Virus record (IMG/VR): IMGVR_UViG_3300032213_001671
Span: 1 to 43,593 of that record
Reading direction: 5' to 3' (one strand)
Length of the DNA: 43,593 nucleotides
Source of the DNA: a virus
Lineage: Duplodnaviria > Caudoviricetes
Positions 27,201-36,261 of the stretch are shown here, one piece after another; the stretch's first letter is position 1, and each line of letters starts with the position of its first letter. A program made the position numbers and the translations under genes. The notes under the pieces are model-generated. The model made no database searches. It was not told the origin of the DNA and was given only the letters and a program-made list of their open reading frames with translations.

Positions 27201-28136
27201 ATGGATAAAATTAGCGGAATAGTACAAACACACAATCCTAATAAAGAAGGTAAACACCCGCATTTGATTAGTAAAACGATGAAAGCTAGTCATATGTTAA
27301 ATCCTCACAAACCAGAAGAAGAACATCCAAATTTGGTTCCTCTCAAAGATTGGAAACCGGGGGATATTGAAATGTTTGCAAGTATGGGATTCTCCGGTGA
27401 AAACGTTGGAGATGCTGGATATTATATGGAAGAAGATAGTCTTCCAACCGAACTTGACGATGAAAAGAAATTTTGCCGTCGTATATCCAGAACAAAAGAT
27501 CATAAATGGATGTTAGAAAAGAAAAGTTTCACAGAACCAAATAGTTCTTATAGATTAGAAAAAGTTTATAACAAACTAATGGGTACCGATAAAAACCCCG
27601 GTCTCTTAGATTATTTTGATACATTAACAAACGAATTAACAGAAAATCTCTATTTATACAAAAGTATGAAATTAAAATCTATTATAGAAAACCTTCCAGC
27701 GTCAAAGATGTCACCTCCTCAATCTGACATCACCCAAGTAAGTAAACACGCTGTTGCTGAAATGACACACCCAGAACCAGTAGTTCAACGTGGATTGTCC
27801 AAAGAACAAAAGAAAATGCTTCAAGAACTCGTATTTGAATATAACAAGTACAACGAAGTGTTGGAAGCTCGTAAGACATTAATGGAAGTCGCCAACAAAA
27901 TGGGAAACATCGGTGAACTATCAGAAGCTTACTTGGTGGAAAAACTTCACGAAGATAACAAAGACGAAAACGCTTGGTTTGACGAAACAACCGTTCGTAA
28001 ACACACCAACGAAATTAAGAAAATGACCACCGAGTTCAAAAAGAATGCCGCTGCCTGTGAAGAAAAAATGAGACTCATGCAAAGTCTATATCAAGAAACT
28101 GGCATGATGTTGGAACGTTATTTCCACATGGAATAA
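27201..28136 (+). CDS. Hypothetical protein, probably a fusion or nested gene with an internal start at 27666
   Basis: 311-aa ORF; internal TATTTATA (27651-27658) then in-frame ATG 27666 (MKLKSIIE); helical C-terminal half. Confidence 0.75.
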   Translation: MDKISGIVQTHNPNKEGKHPHLISKTMKASHMLNPHKPEEEHPNLVPLKDWKPGDIEMFASMGFSGENVGDAGYYMEEDSLPTELDDEKKFCRRISRTKDHKWMLEKKSFTEPNSSYRLEKVYNKLMGTDKNPGLLDYFDTLTNELTENLYLYKSMKLKSIIENLPASKMSPPQSDITQVSKHAVAEMTHPEPVVQRGLSKEQKKMLQELVFEYNKYNEVLEARKTLMEVANKMGNIGELSEAYLVEKLHEDNKDENAWFDETTVRKHTNEIKKMTTEFKKNAAACEEKMRLMQSLYQETGMMLERYFHME

Positions 28137-28148
28137 TTCAAATCATAT

Positions 28149-28182
28149 AAAAAAGAAACCCACTCGAAAGAGTGGGTTTTTT
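28149..28182. terminator. Bidirectional intrinsic terminator between convergent genes
   Basis: A-tract, AAACCCACTC-GAAA-GAGTGGGTTT, T-tract. Confidence 0.9.
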
Positions 28183-28199
28183 GTTGTCTAGGTTAAGTC

Positions 28200-31100
28200 T
28201 TAGAAATAGTTTTTGTAATCAGATTTGAAAGACTCTTCGTACTTGGACTTGCCAAATCCAATGTTCTTATCGCCTGGTTTTGCAATGTCTTTACCTTTGT
28301 TTGGTTTTGCAGTGGCTCTGGTAGCATCTGCTGCAGATTTGGTCTTTTCAATGTCGTCTGTCTTCTCTTTTTCAGCTGATGCTTTTTCTTTATCATCCTT
28401 CTTAAGTTTGGCCGCTTCTTCTTCATCCTTTTGGATTTGAACAGTATCATCTTGACCCTTATTAACAAGAGCAATCAACTGATTAATAATTTCTTTACCC
28501 TTCTTATCGTTAGGATCAATCTTACCAAATGTACCATCTTTTTGTTTGTGTGTCCAACCACCATTTACCACCTTAAAAATGTTGTCATTTTTTCCAATTT
28601 TCATCTTCAACATCAATCCGTCTTTTAATTTTGATGTAGTTTGATCACCACCAAGAATATCAATTCCTTGGAACATTGAATCAATGTTCTTATTTATCTT
28701 GATAGTAGGATCAATCTTTCCATTAACCATATCAAAGATATCAAGAATGTTAGAAATGACCGGTTTAATAGTAGCTTTAGTTGCCTTGTTAGGATCAAAT
28801 GATTTCAATACCACTGATAAATCATTAACCTTTGTCAAGAATGCTTTTACCAATTTTATATCAGCAACAGTCAATGGTTTTGACTCAGCTGCAACATTTT
28901 TCTTACCCCCACCTTCAATTCCAGATGTTGTATATGTTTTATCTAGATTGGTAGTATCTTCTGTGACAGGAGCAGTAGGCAATACTGGAGGAACTGCACC
29001 CGGAGGAGCTTTAACCGGGGATGTTGGTGTTCCACTTGTATTCTTTTTACTTGTTGTCTGACGTAGACCAAATGTAATATTCACCAACAATGGTATCAAC
29101 GTATTGATTTCTTTCATGATTGCAGCAATATCACCAGATGTAATATCTTCAGCAAGCATTCCTTTTCTTAAAGCAGCAATATTTCCACCCAATTGTTTTT
29201 GAAGAGCAGCTTTATTTGCTGGATTCATTACTGCGTTTTTAATTGTATTAACCAATGCCTTAACATATTTGATATTAGTAGGGTTGGATGCATCCAATTT
29301 CATCATCTTTTGAAGACGAGGCATCAAGGTTCCAGATACTAAAGGATTTTGTTTAACATCAGATAATTGTTTAGCTAGTGTTGATGATACGGTAAATGAC
29401 CCACCGACTCCCGGAGTTGTTCCACCCGGAGTTGTTCCACCCGGAGTTGTTCCACCCGGAGTTGTACCGCCTGGGGTTGTTCCACCCGGAGTTGTACCGC
29501 CTGGGGTTGTTCCACCCGGAGTTGTACCGCCTGGGGTTGTACCGCCTGGGGTTGTACCGCCTGGGGTTGTACCGCCTGGGGTTGTACCGCCTGGGGTTGT
29601 ACCGCCTGGAGCACCTCCACCGCCTGGAGCAGCTTTGTCACCGTCTGGTGTTGCTGGTGTAGGTGGAGTGGATGCTTCTTTATCATCCATCGTTACATCT
29701 TTTGGAAACTCCAATTTGAATTTTGGAAATTCTGCAATAAGACTATCAATAATATCAACTGCAGATTTAGCTTCAGGAACTTTACGCAGTCCTGCCAACA
29801 ACTCGGATGTAGATTTTCCTTTTACTTTAAAGGTTTTGGCAACATCTTTGATATATGTAGTGATTTCTTTACCAATATTCTTCTTAAGATTTTCAACTGC
29901 GGCTTGTTGGTTTCCAGTCAACTTATCAGGATTCACTGGTGGATTGCCAGGAATAACTGGAGGTACTGCACCCGGAGCAGCTGCTTCTGCTTCAGACAAC
30001 ATTGTTTTAACAATATTAGAAAGTTTCAATGATTCTTTAATAACAGGTGGTTTTCCAGAAGCACCTACTGATGCTGCATTTCCGATTGCACCACCTGCAG
30101 CTGCACCAACACCAGTGGCTACACCCTGTGTCACACCCAGATAAATATCATTAAATGCTTGAGTTGCGGCTTGTACATCCCGATTAGCAGCCAAAACCAT
30201 GTCGTATTTTTGAAAAGCACTTACCAATTTTGTATTATTAGGATCCGTAACGATTTGATTGATAACTTTTTTGATTTCTGCTAACTGTTGTGGGATTTTA
30301 TTCAAAATCTGTTCAGCGCCGCTTTGATCTCCGGTTTTAAAAACATTCCATGCTTGTGTACTCAACTTATTAACATTATTTGACATCGATTGAATGTATG
30401 CAGCATTTTCTGGACTTGTGACTATATCCATATTAATGGCCTGACCAGAAGAAAAACTCTTACCGTTGAATCCCTGAAATATGGTACCTTTATTTGAAAC
30501 ACCTCCAACCATGTGTTGTTCATAATTGGTATATAACTTCAATTTTTCATGCACCCACCCTTTACCAGTAGCGTCTTGTACTTTAGAAATAATATCTTGT
30601 TGAATAGTAGCTGGTTGAGGAAGTTTGATCATCTGATCAAAGATTGGTCCGATCATTGTAGTGAATACTTTACCTGTGACCCATCCGATAGCAGCGGCTT
30701 TTAATGCCCCACCCACAGCGGTTGATGCACTTTCACCTTTCAACAAACCAAGACCTGTACGTAAAATAAATGCAACAGCACCTGTCAACATTGGAATACT
30801 TGCAGCTGTTAATGCACCAATACCAAGAGGACCGACACCCAAACCAATTGCAAATGTCATCAACGCAATAATAATACCTGACTTGCCAGGATTTTGTTTT
30901 GCATATGCAGCAAGATCATCAACGGTTTTTAGAATATAAGAGGTTTCTTTTCCTTCTTTATCCAACTTAGATAACTTGTCACGAAGAGCTTTCTTTTTCT
31001 CTTCAAACACTCTATCAAAGTCTTGAACCGGTTGCGTATTTTGAATCTTCTTCCATTGAGCGTCAAATAATGAATTTAATGTGGAATTAAATTTTTCAAG

Positions 31101-31703
31101 TCCACCAAGCGCAGCAACAACGGCACCTGTTAAACCGTAAAGTGGAACATTGATACCCGCCAGTGTAGTAAGAGCAAGACCACCTGCAATTTGTTTTCCT
31201 TTTTCTAATGTACCTGCCAAAATTCCACTCTTCTTTACGTCAACCATACCAATTTTATCAGGAATAGTTGTGTCAAATGTCTTTAATTGACCTAAATAAT
31301 CACCAAGACTACGTGTAAAATTCTTATTTCTGGAATTAAGATATGTACTTTGATATGTACCCTTTACTGATCCACCTATTTGTTTCTGAATAGCTTTTCC
31401 AACAGAACCAAATCCACCAGCACCTGCAAGATTACCTATAGCACGTATAGATCCTTTACCAAATCCAGCCACTTTGGCCGCAAATTGATCACCAAACTTT
31501 TCGGTTAGAATCTTATTGGTAATTTCTTCGGATTGTAACTCCAGAATTAATTTCTTCTGAGCATCAAGACCTTCACGATAAATATCAAAAAACTCCTTGG
31601 TTCTGTCACCTAGGAGGGATTCGTATTGATTAAAAAATTGTACTTCTTCGTTAAGAAGTTGTTTGAAGTAAAAATTCTCAATGAGAAGTCTAGAATCGGT
31701 CAT
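28200..31703 (-). CDS. Large (1167 aa) protein with hydrophobic/Gly-zipper segments and a PGGTT repeat; candidate internal/ejection protein
   Basis: Long ORF; TM-like stretch GIIIALMTFAIGLGVGPLGIGALTAASIPMLTGAVAFIL; GVATGVGAAAGGAIG; lies between the protease and scaffold genes. Confidence 0.7.
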   Translation of the reverse strand: MTDSRLLIENFYFKQLLNEEVQFFNQYESLLGDRTKEFFDIYREGLDAQKKLILELQSEEITNKILTEKFGDQFAAKVAGFGKGSIRAIGNLAGAGGFGSVGKAIQKQIGGSVKGTYQSTYLNSRNKNFTRSLGDYLGQLKTFDTTIPDKIGMVDVKKSGILAGTLEKGKQIAGGLALTTLAGINVPLYGLTGAVVAALGGLEKFNSTLNSLFDAQWKKIQNTQPVQDFDRVFEEKKKALRDKLSKLDKEGKETSYILKTVDDLAAYAKQNPGKSGIIIALMTFAIGLGVGPLGIGALTAASIPMLTGAVAFILRTGLGLLKGESASTAVGGALKAAAIGWVTGKVFTTMIGPIFDQMIKLPQPATIQQDIISKVQDATGKGWVHEKLKLYTNYEQHMVGGVSNKGTIFQGFNGKSFSSGQAINMDIVTSPENAAYIQSMSNNVNKLSTQAWNVFKTGDQSGAEQILNKIPQQLAEIKKVINQIVTDPNNTKLVSAFQKYDMVLAANRDVQAATQAFNDIYLGVTQGVATGVGAAAGGAIGNAASVGASGKPPVIKESLKLSNIVKTMLSEAEAAAPGAVPPVIPGNPPVNPDKLTGNQQAAVENLKKNIGKEITTYIKDVAKTFKVKGKSTSELLAGLRKVPEAKSAVDIIDSLIAEFPKFKLEFPKDVTMDDKEASTPPTPATPDGDKAAPGGGGAPGGTTPGGTTPGGTTPGGTTPGGTTPGGTTPGGTTPGGTTPGGTTPGGTTPGGTTPGGTTPGGTTPGVGGSFTVSSTLAKQLSDVKQNPLVSGTLMPRLQKMMKLDASNPTNIKYVKALVNTIKNAVMNPANKAALQKQLGGNIAALRKGMLAEDITSGDIAAIMKEINTLIPLLVNITFGLRQTTSKKNTSGTPTSPVKAPPGAVPPVLPTAPVTEDTTNLDKTYTTSGIEGGGKKNVAAESKPLTVADIKLVKAFLTKVNDLSVVLKSFDPNKATKATIKPVISNILDIFDMVNGKIDPTIKINKNIDSMFQGIDILGGDQTTSKLKDGLMLKMKIGKNDNIFKVVNGGWTHKQKDGTFGKIDPNDKKGKEIINQLIALVNKGQDDTVQIQKDEEEAAKLKKDDKEKASAEKEKTDDIEKTKSAADATRATAKPNKGKDIAKPGDKNIGFGKSKYEESFKSDYKNYF
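29411..29610 (-). repeat. 15-bp coding tandem repeat, 13 units (PGGTT)
   Basis: gttgt recurs every 15 nt from 29416 to 29596; two synonymous unit variants (ccggagttgttccac / ctggggttgtaccgc). Confidence 0.92.
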
Positions 31704-31719
31704 ATCAAATAAATAGGTG

Positions 31720-33387
31720 TTACTTTATAAATAATTCAAATTTTAAAGACCCACAATCCCAAATTCTATCCCATTTATTTACTTTCATATTTTCCCATTC
31801 TGTTAGGTTTGGATCAAATAATTCAATTTTATTGGATAATGTATGTTTTGCATATCCATACCGATGATATCGTTTATATGAATTTCCCTTTCCAAAATAC
31901 CAATAATTAGGAGATCCATTGGACTTTTTTATAAAGTTAAGAGATGTATATAAATTTCCATTTGACCATCGTCTATCAGCATAACTTATAATTTTTGATG
32001 GATTGTAATTTCTGATAAAGTACTTCAACAACTTACTGGCACCACCGACCACCGAAGTATTAAGTTTGGAACAAAATCTATACATTTCGTATGTATTGGG
32101 TACAGATGTATTTCCCAAAGCAGTTCGAAGTTTTCCAAATGTCATTAACGACATCAATTCATTATTATAATAAAGTCCCAGTTTGATAGAACTATTGTCT
32201 TTTCCTTGAAGATGATTGCATGTCAAAAAGTTCGTTGAGGTTTTAACATCAACTTCACGAATTTCACATTTTCTTGCAAATATAGTATTAGTTGTAACTG
32301 AGAGTATTGAACGTATCCTACTTTTCACAATATCTTTTTTGAACCGCCATTCATCTTCAAAAATATGAATTAACCTAATACCTTTTTTCTCACAAAGTTG
32401 AGTTTTGTTTAAATGGTAATTTTTAGATTTATTACCATTAATTTCTCCATGCCAATACAATCCATTACATTCTATTGCCAATTTCTTTTCTGACAAATAA
32501 AGGTCTATTTCAAGTGGATTAATGATAGTTCGTACATTCTTTTCAACCGGGGTAATATTAAGACTTACAATAAAATCATAAACTTCTGTTTGAAATGTAG
32601 ATGATAGTTTGTTACATGTGGGACATACAGGAACGTCACCATCTTCAAGACAATCTAAAAATTCAGTTGAACACATCTTACATCTAAATTTAAATGATGT
32701 ATAATATCCACATTCAATGTATTCTTCTTTAGTAAATAATACATCTACCTTTGAACGTAACCTGTCGGTTGTTAACAGTGAATCATAAAAGTTAGATCGT
32801 CTGGACTTTGTAGTTTTATTTTTTACCTCTTCGGATTGTTGTATGTTTTTTACCCCATATTTATTGAATACAGCATTCTCTTTTTTAACTTGATCCGATA
32901 AAATCCATTCAACTCCAAATTTAGTTAAATTAGTACTTTTTATACGATTTAAAACCTCGTCTGATTTGGTGGGATTATCAACGCCATAATTTTTAACACA
33001 CGTTTTCTTTTTTTTGTCAATGATATCTTTATTACTCAACCCATATTCACAACCGTATCTTTTTATGTTTGTAGATTTAATTTTAGAAACTGTTTGTTCA
33101 TCCAACTGTGCACAACTCGGTGAACATGTTCTTAAATATCCTTTTGTAAAAGTAGTAAATGTAGTTACGTTTTTACAATTCGGATTTTTACAAATAGGTT
33201 GAATCGTTATATCATTTACAATATGCCAGATTCTTTGAGGAAATGTTGGATTGTTCAAATAAGAAGTCGATTGAAGAACATCATTATATAGATTCAGTTG
33301 TCCCGTCTTTTCAAACCAAGTAACCAAACACTTTTTAGAAATCAACTTTCCGTTTGATAGTAGATTATTTTGTATCCAATTTTTCAT
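31720..33387 (-). CDS. Free-standing homing endonuclease-like protein (Vsr/PD-(D/E)XK-type, Hef-like)
   Basis: Zn-finger-like CxxxxC/CSxxC; K.TN..(K/R)YG repeats; EIDLYLSEKKLAIECNGLYWH nuclease motif; C-terminal FARKC...NHLQG...GGASKLL...SYADRRWS domain; more AT-rich than its neighbours. Confidence 0.75.
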   Translation of the reverse strand: MKNWIQNNLLSNGKLISKKCLVTWFEKTGQLNLYNDVLQSTSYLNNPTFPQRIWHIVNDITIQPICKNPNCKNVTTFTTFTKGYLRTCSPSCAQLDEQTVSKIKSTNIKRYGCEYGLSNKDIIDKKKKTCVKNYGVDNPTKSDEVLNRIKSTNLTKFGVEWILSDQVKKENAVFNKYGVKNIQQSEEVKNKTTKSRRSNFYDSLLTTDRLRSKVDVLFTKEEYIECGYYTSFKFRCKMCSTEFLDCLEDGDVPVCPTCNKLSSTFQTEVYDFIVSLNITPVEKNVRTIINPLEIDLYLSEKKLAIECNGLYWHGEINGNKSKNYHLNKTQLCEKKGIRLIHIFEDEWRFKKDIVKSRIRSILSVTTNTIFARKCEIREVDVKTSTNFLTCNHLQGKDNSSIKLGLYYNNELMSLMTFGKLRTALGNTSVPNTYEMYRFCSKLNTSVVGGASKLLKYFIRNYNPSKIISYADRRWSNGNLYTSLNFIKKSNGSPNYWYFGKGNSYKRYHRYGYAKHTLSNKIELFDPNLTEWENMKVNKWDRIWDCGSLKFELFIK

Positions 33388-33428
33388 TATATTGCGTTTG
33401 TATTTGATGATAATTATTACACAAATGC

Positions 33429-33459
33429 AAAAAAAAACACAACATAAAAATGTTGTGTT
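33429..33459 (-). terminator. Intrinsic terminator after the prohead protease gene
   Basis: Minus strand AACACAACAT-TTTT-ATGTTGTGTT followed by a T-tract. Confidence 0.75.
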
Positions 33460-33465
33460 GTAGTA

Positions 33466-34080
33466 TTATTTGACTTCCGAAATAATATCGTGAATCAACG
33501 ATTCAATTTTAGAATATTTGTTAATCGTAGTATTTTGTACCGATTCATTTAGTGCACTAGACGGAAATAAAAACGCACCTCTAGTTGATGGATTGCTAAC
33601 AAAATCAAATGCAATTAATTCAAAGTCATCTTGAACTTCATCCGCATTTTCTCTTACATTTTTACGTACACTACCCAAACCACGACTACTAATACCTAAT
33701 TTGACACCGGCTTTAAATAGTGCTTTCAAAATGTTACCACTTGGAGTTGACAATATTTCAACCTTACCAACCAAGTCATCACCATTCCACATCATTTCTA
33801 CAACGTTGTGACTAACATTTTGTAAGTTAACAACGCTACTATCTGGGTGATCCAATTCACCAAGAGCACGACGTTCCTTTACAAAGTTATCATCATACTT
33901 TTTAACTTCACGTTCCAAAATATCTTTTGGGTATACACGTCCATTTTGATTCTTTGCATTTGCACGTTGAAGAACACCTTGAACCATCAATGGTTTAGAA
34001 GGATCATCTGTTCCTTCATTTAGTTGTCCGCCAATTGGTTCAAAATAGATCCAACCTGTTTGTACTTTTTTATCATCCAT
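33466..34080 (-). CDS. gp21: Prohead core protease (T4 gp21 family)
   Basis: GVLQRA..KNQNGRVYP...ALGELDHP...VSH...G.KLGISSRGLGS...DF.LIAFDFVSNPS..GA. Confidence 0.95.
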   Translation of the reverse strand: MDDKKVQTGWIYFEPIGGQLNEGTDDPSKPLMVQGVLQRANAKNQNGRVYPKDILEREVKKYDDNFVKERRALGELDHPDSSVVNLQNVSHNVVEMMWNGDDLVGKVEILSTPSGNILKALFKAGVKLGISSRGLGSVRKNVRENADEVQDDFELIAFDFVSNPSTRGAFLFPSSALNESVQNTTINKYSKIESLIHDIISEVK

Positions 34081-34082
34081 AA

Positions 34083-34622
34083 TTAAGCTTGTTTTTGCTG
34101 TTGTGGTTGTGCAACATATTGTTGTTGTGGCATAGGTGTTGCGGTTTTAATTGCATCTTCTCCACCTTTAGTTGTTGCTTTTGTTCCCGGTTCAGCACTC
34201 TTTGGTTCTTTAGGCTTTTCTACCTTCAATGGATCACCCTGACCCAAAATTGTAATCTTGAATCCAGGCTTTAAAAAGTATTCCTTGTCATCATCGTCAC
34301 GTAAAATCACTACATAACGATCATAAAAATAGTCCAAACTAGTACTAGTGACTGAAATTTCATAATCACGAACTGGTTGACCATATCCTTTTGAAGCTTG
34401 TATTGATACCTTCTTACCAAAAACTCTATTATTCAAGTTTTTTAAAAACGATGCTTTTGATTCAGCAGTGGTTCTTGCAATCTTTGCTTCAAAATCACTA
34501 AATTCAGAACTAACGTTATAGTCAATTGAACTTGATGGTAATGGTTGACCACCAGCAGTCGATGTGCCAAAATGTTGAGGAGACGATACAACCTCGTTGA
34601 GTAGTTTAATAAGTGAAATCAT
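34083..34622 (-). CDS. Hypothetical head-region protein
   Basis: 179-aa ORF tightly coupled in the operon; N-terminus MISLIKLLNE. Confidence 0.75.
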   Translation of the reverse strand: MISLIKLLNEVVSSPQHFGTSTAGGQPLPSSSIDYNVSSEFSDFEAKIARTTAESKASFLKNLNNRVFGKKVSIQASKGYGQPVRDYEISVTSTSLDYFYDRYVVILRDDDDKEYFLKPGFKITILGQGDPLKVEKPKEPKSAEPGTKATTKGGEDAIKTATPMPQQQYVAQPQQQKQA

Positions 34623-34623
34623 A

Positions 34624-35340
34624 TTATTGTATTTTTCTTAGTTTTTCACTAATAGATTTAAGTCTGGCTTTAATCTCAGCCATTCTATCAGATGTACGTT
34701 TCCACAATGTTTCATTTGGAACTTCCATCTCTGTTTTGAGTTTATGATTAACACTCATTAGAAAGTCTACTTCTCTAAGCATCTTTGTAATTTCTTGAGT
34801 AATCACAGAAACCTTATAAGAATGTTTCTTTGGATTTTCTTTTAAACGAATGTAACGAGATACTGCTTCGTTCAATTTACCTTCCTTTTCAGTAAGATCT
34901 TTAATACCTTTAGTTATTGTTTTAATAAACTTGGTTTTTTGATCTGGAGTTGCTTTAGCAATTTTCTTTTCAAAATCACCATCATCCTGACCGGGGTGTT
35001 TATCTGCCCAATCTGGAACTCTGTCACCATCTGCATCTGGCTTTTTATTTTTATTCTTTTTCTTGACTGCTTTCTTTTCGTCAAGTTCTTCTTCTTTTTC
35101 TGCAAGCTTTGAACCCGGATTTTGTTTCAATGTAGCTTTGGTTGCATTGTTAGTGCCGCCTTTTTTAGAAAATGCAAATGGGGTGGAAAATCCATCAATT
35201 CCACCGGTTCCACCAGTTCCACTAGTTGTTGATGTTTCATCAAGATCTTGTAGTTCTTGTTTAATCAATTTCTTGATAAGTTCTTTCAACTTGGCTTCAT
35301 CTTCTCCGGTGATCAAATCTGGTTTCTTTTGTTTACTCAT
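34624..35340 (-). CDS. Hypothetical head-region protein
   Basis: 238-aa ORF; contains DADGDRVPDWADKHP (DxDxDG-like Ca-binding loop) and a C-terminal coiled coil. Confidence 0.75.
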   Translation of the reverse strand: MSKQKKPDLITGEDEAKLKELIKKLIKQELQDLDETSTTSGTGGTGGIDGFSTPFAFSKKGGTNNATKATLKQNPGSKLAEKEEELDEKKAVKKKNKNKKPDADGDRVPDWADKHPGQDDGDFEKKIAKATPDQKTKFIKTITKGIKDLTEKEGKLNEAVSRYIRLKENPKKHSYKVSVITQEITKMLREVDFLMSVNHKLKTEMEVPNETLWKRTSDRMAEIKARLKSISEKLRKIQ

Positions 35341-35341
35341 A

Positions 35342-36205
35342 TTATTTCAAATTATTAAGTTCTTTGACCAATTCATATGACAATAATAGTGCCATAATAT
35401 GATTGTCTTTTACAACGGTGGTAGGTTTTACTTTATCCAAAACATTAGTGATTTCAGAAAGTTTGATTGCAACAACTTGATTATCTTTAATTTTGGTCTT
35501 AGAACTTGAAATAATTTTCTTAATCTTTTCAATTTCTTCACAAACGTAATCGGATAATGAATTAGTATTTGATACATTAAGAATATATTCACGAATAAGA
35601 TTCTTTTGACTGTCATCAAAATCCTTATACTTGGTATTCATTCCTTCCAACAACAACTTATATGCGAGTAAACGAATATCTTCGCTTTGTTGTTTGTAGT
35701 ATTCCAATAATCCTTCATCATTATCAGACTTTTTAGTTACTGAATTGTATAACGATTCAATAATGGATTCTCTAGATTGAACTACTTCTTGTACGTCAAA
35801 CTTGGAAGCGGTCTTGTTTTCAAAAATTTTATAGATAGAAGCAAAAATACGATAATTTTTGATATTAGCCTTCAAAAAACCATCAATTGGATATATTTCT
35901 TTTATCTCACGAATTAACTCGTACTTTTGTTGAGCTAGTCTTTTATCGTCTAGTTGTGATCGTGATTCTAGTACCACACTGATGATTCTTTCCGCGTGTG
36001 ATGCGTCCCTCGCTTTTTCGTTTAGTAGGAAATTGTATAGTTGATACTCTTTACCTAATTCTGTATTCTCAGAAAAATACTTAAATAATATTTGTTTGGC
36101 AGCTGATTCGTCCTTACCCCCAATAATATCTGCTGTGATTTGGCGGGTAAGCAGCTCAAACAAAATTCCCGTATTTTTAAACTTTGAATGCTTTGCTTTA
36201 TGCAT
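35342..36205 (-). CDS. Hypothetical protein downstream of the portal gene
   Basis: 287-aa helical ORF (HSKFKNTGILFELL...); TATTTATA upstream at 36222-36229. Confidence 0.78.
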   Translation of the reverse strand: MHKAKHSKFKNTGILFELLTRQITADIIGGKDESAAKQILFKYFSENTELGKEYQLYNFLLNEKARDASHAERIISVVLESRSQLDDKRLAQQKYELIREIKEIYPIDGFLKANIKNYRIFASIYKIFENKTASKFDVQEVVQSRESIIESLYNSVTKKSDNDEGLLEYYKQQSEDIRLLAYKLLLEGMNTKYKDFDDSQKNLIREYILNVSNTNSLSDYVCEEIEKIKKIISSSKTKIKDNQVVAIKLSEITNVLDKVKPTTVVKDNHIMALLLSYELVKELNNLK

Positions 36206-36221
36206 ATTAGTAGTTATAATT

Positions 36222-36229
36222 TATAAATA
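36222..36229 (-). promoter_or_regulatory. TATTTATA upstream motif
   Basis: 16 nt upstream of ATG 36205. Confidence 0.6.
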
Positions 36230-36261
36230 TATCAATTTTTGATGAAACTTCCATAATTGTA

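Noticed and set aside
29411-29610. CRISPR-like array
   Set aside because: Head-to-tail 15-bp coding repeat with no spacers
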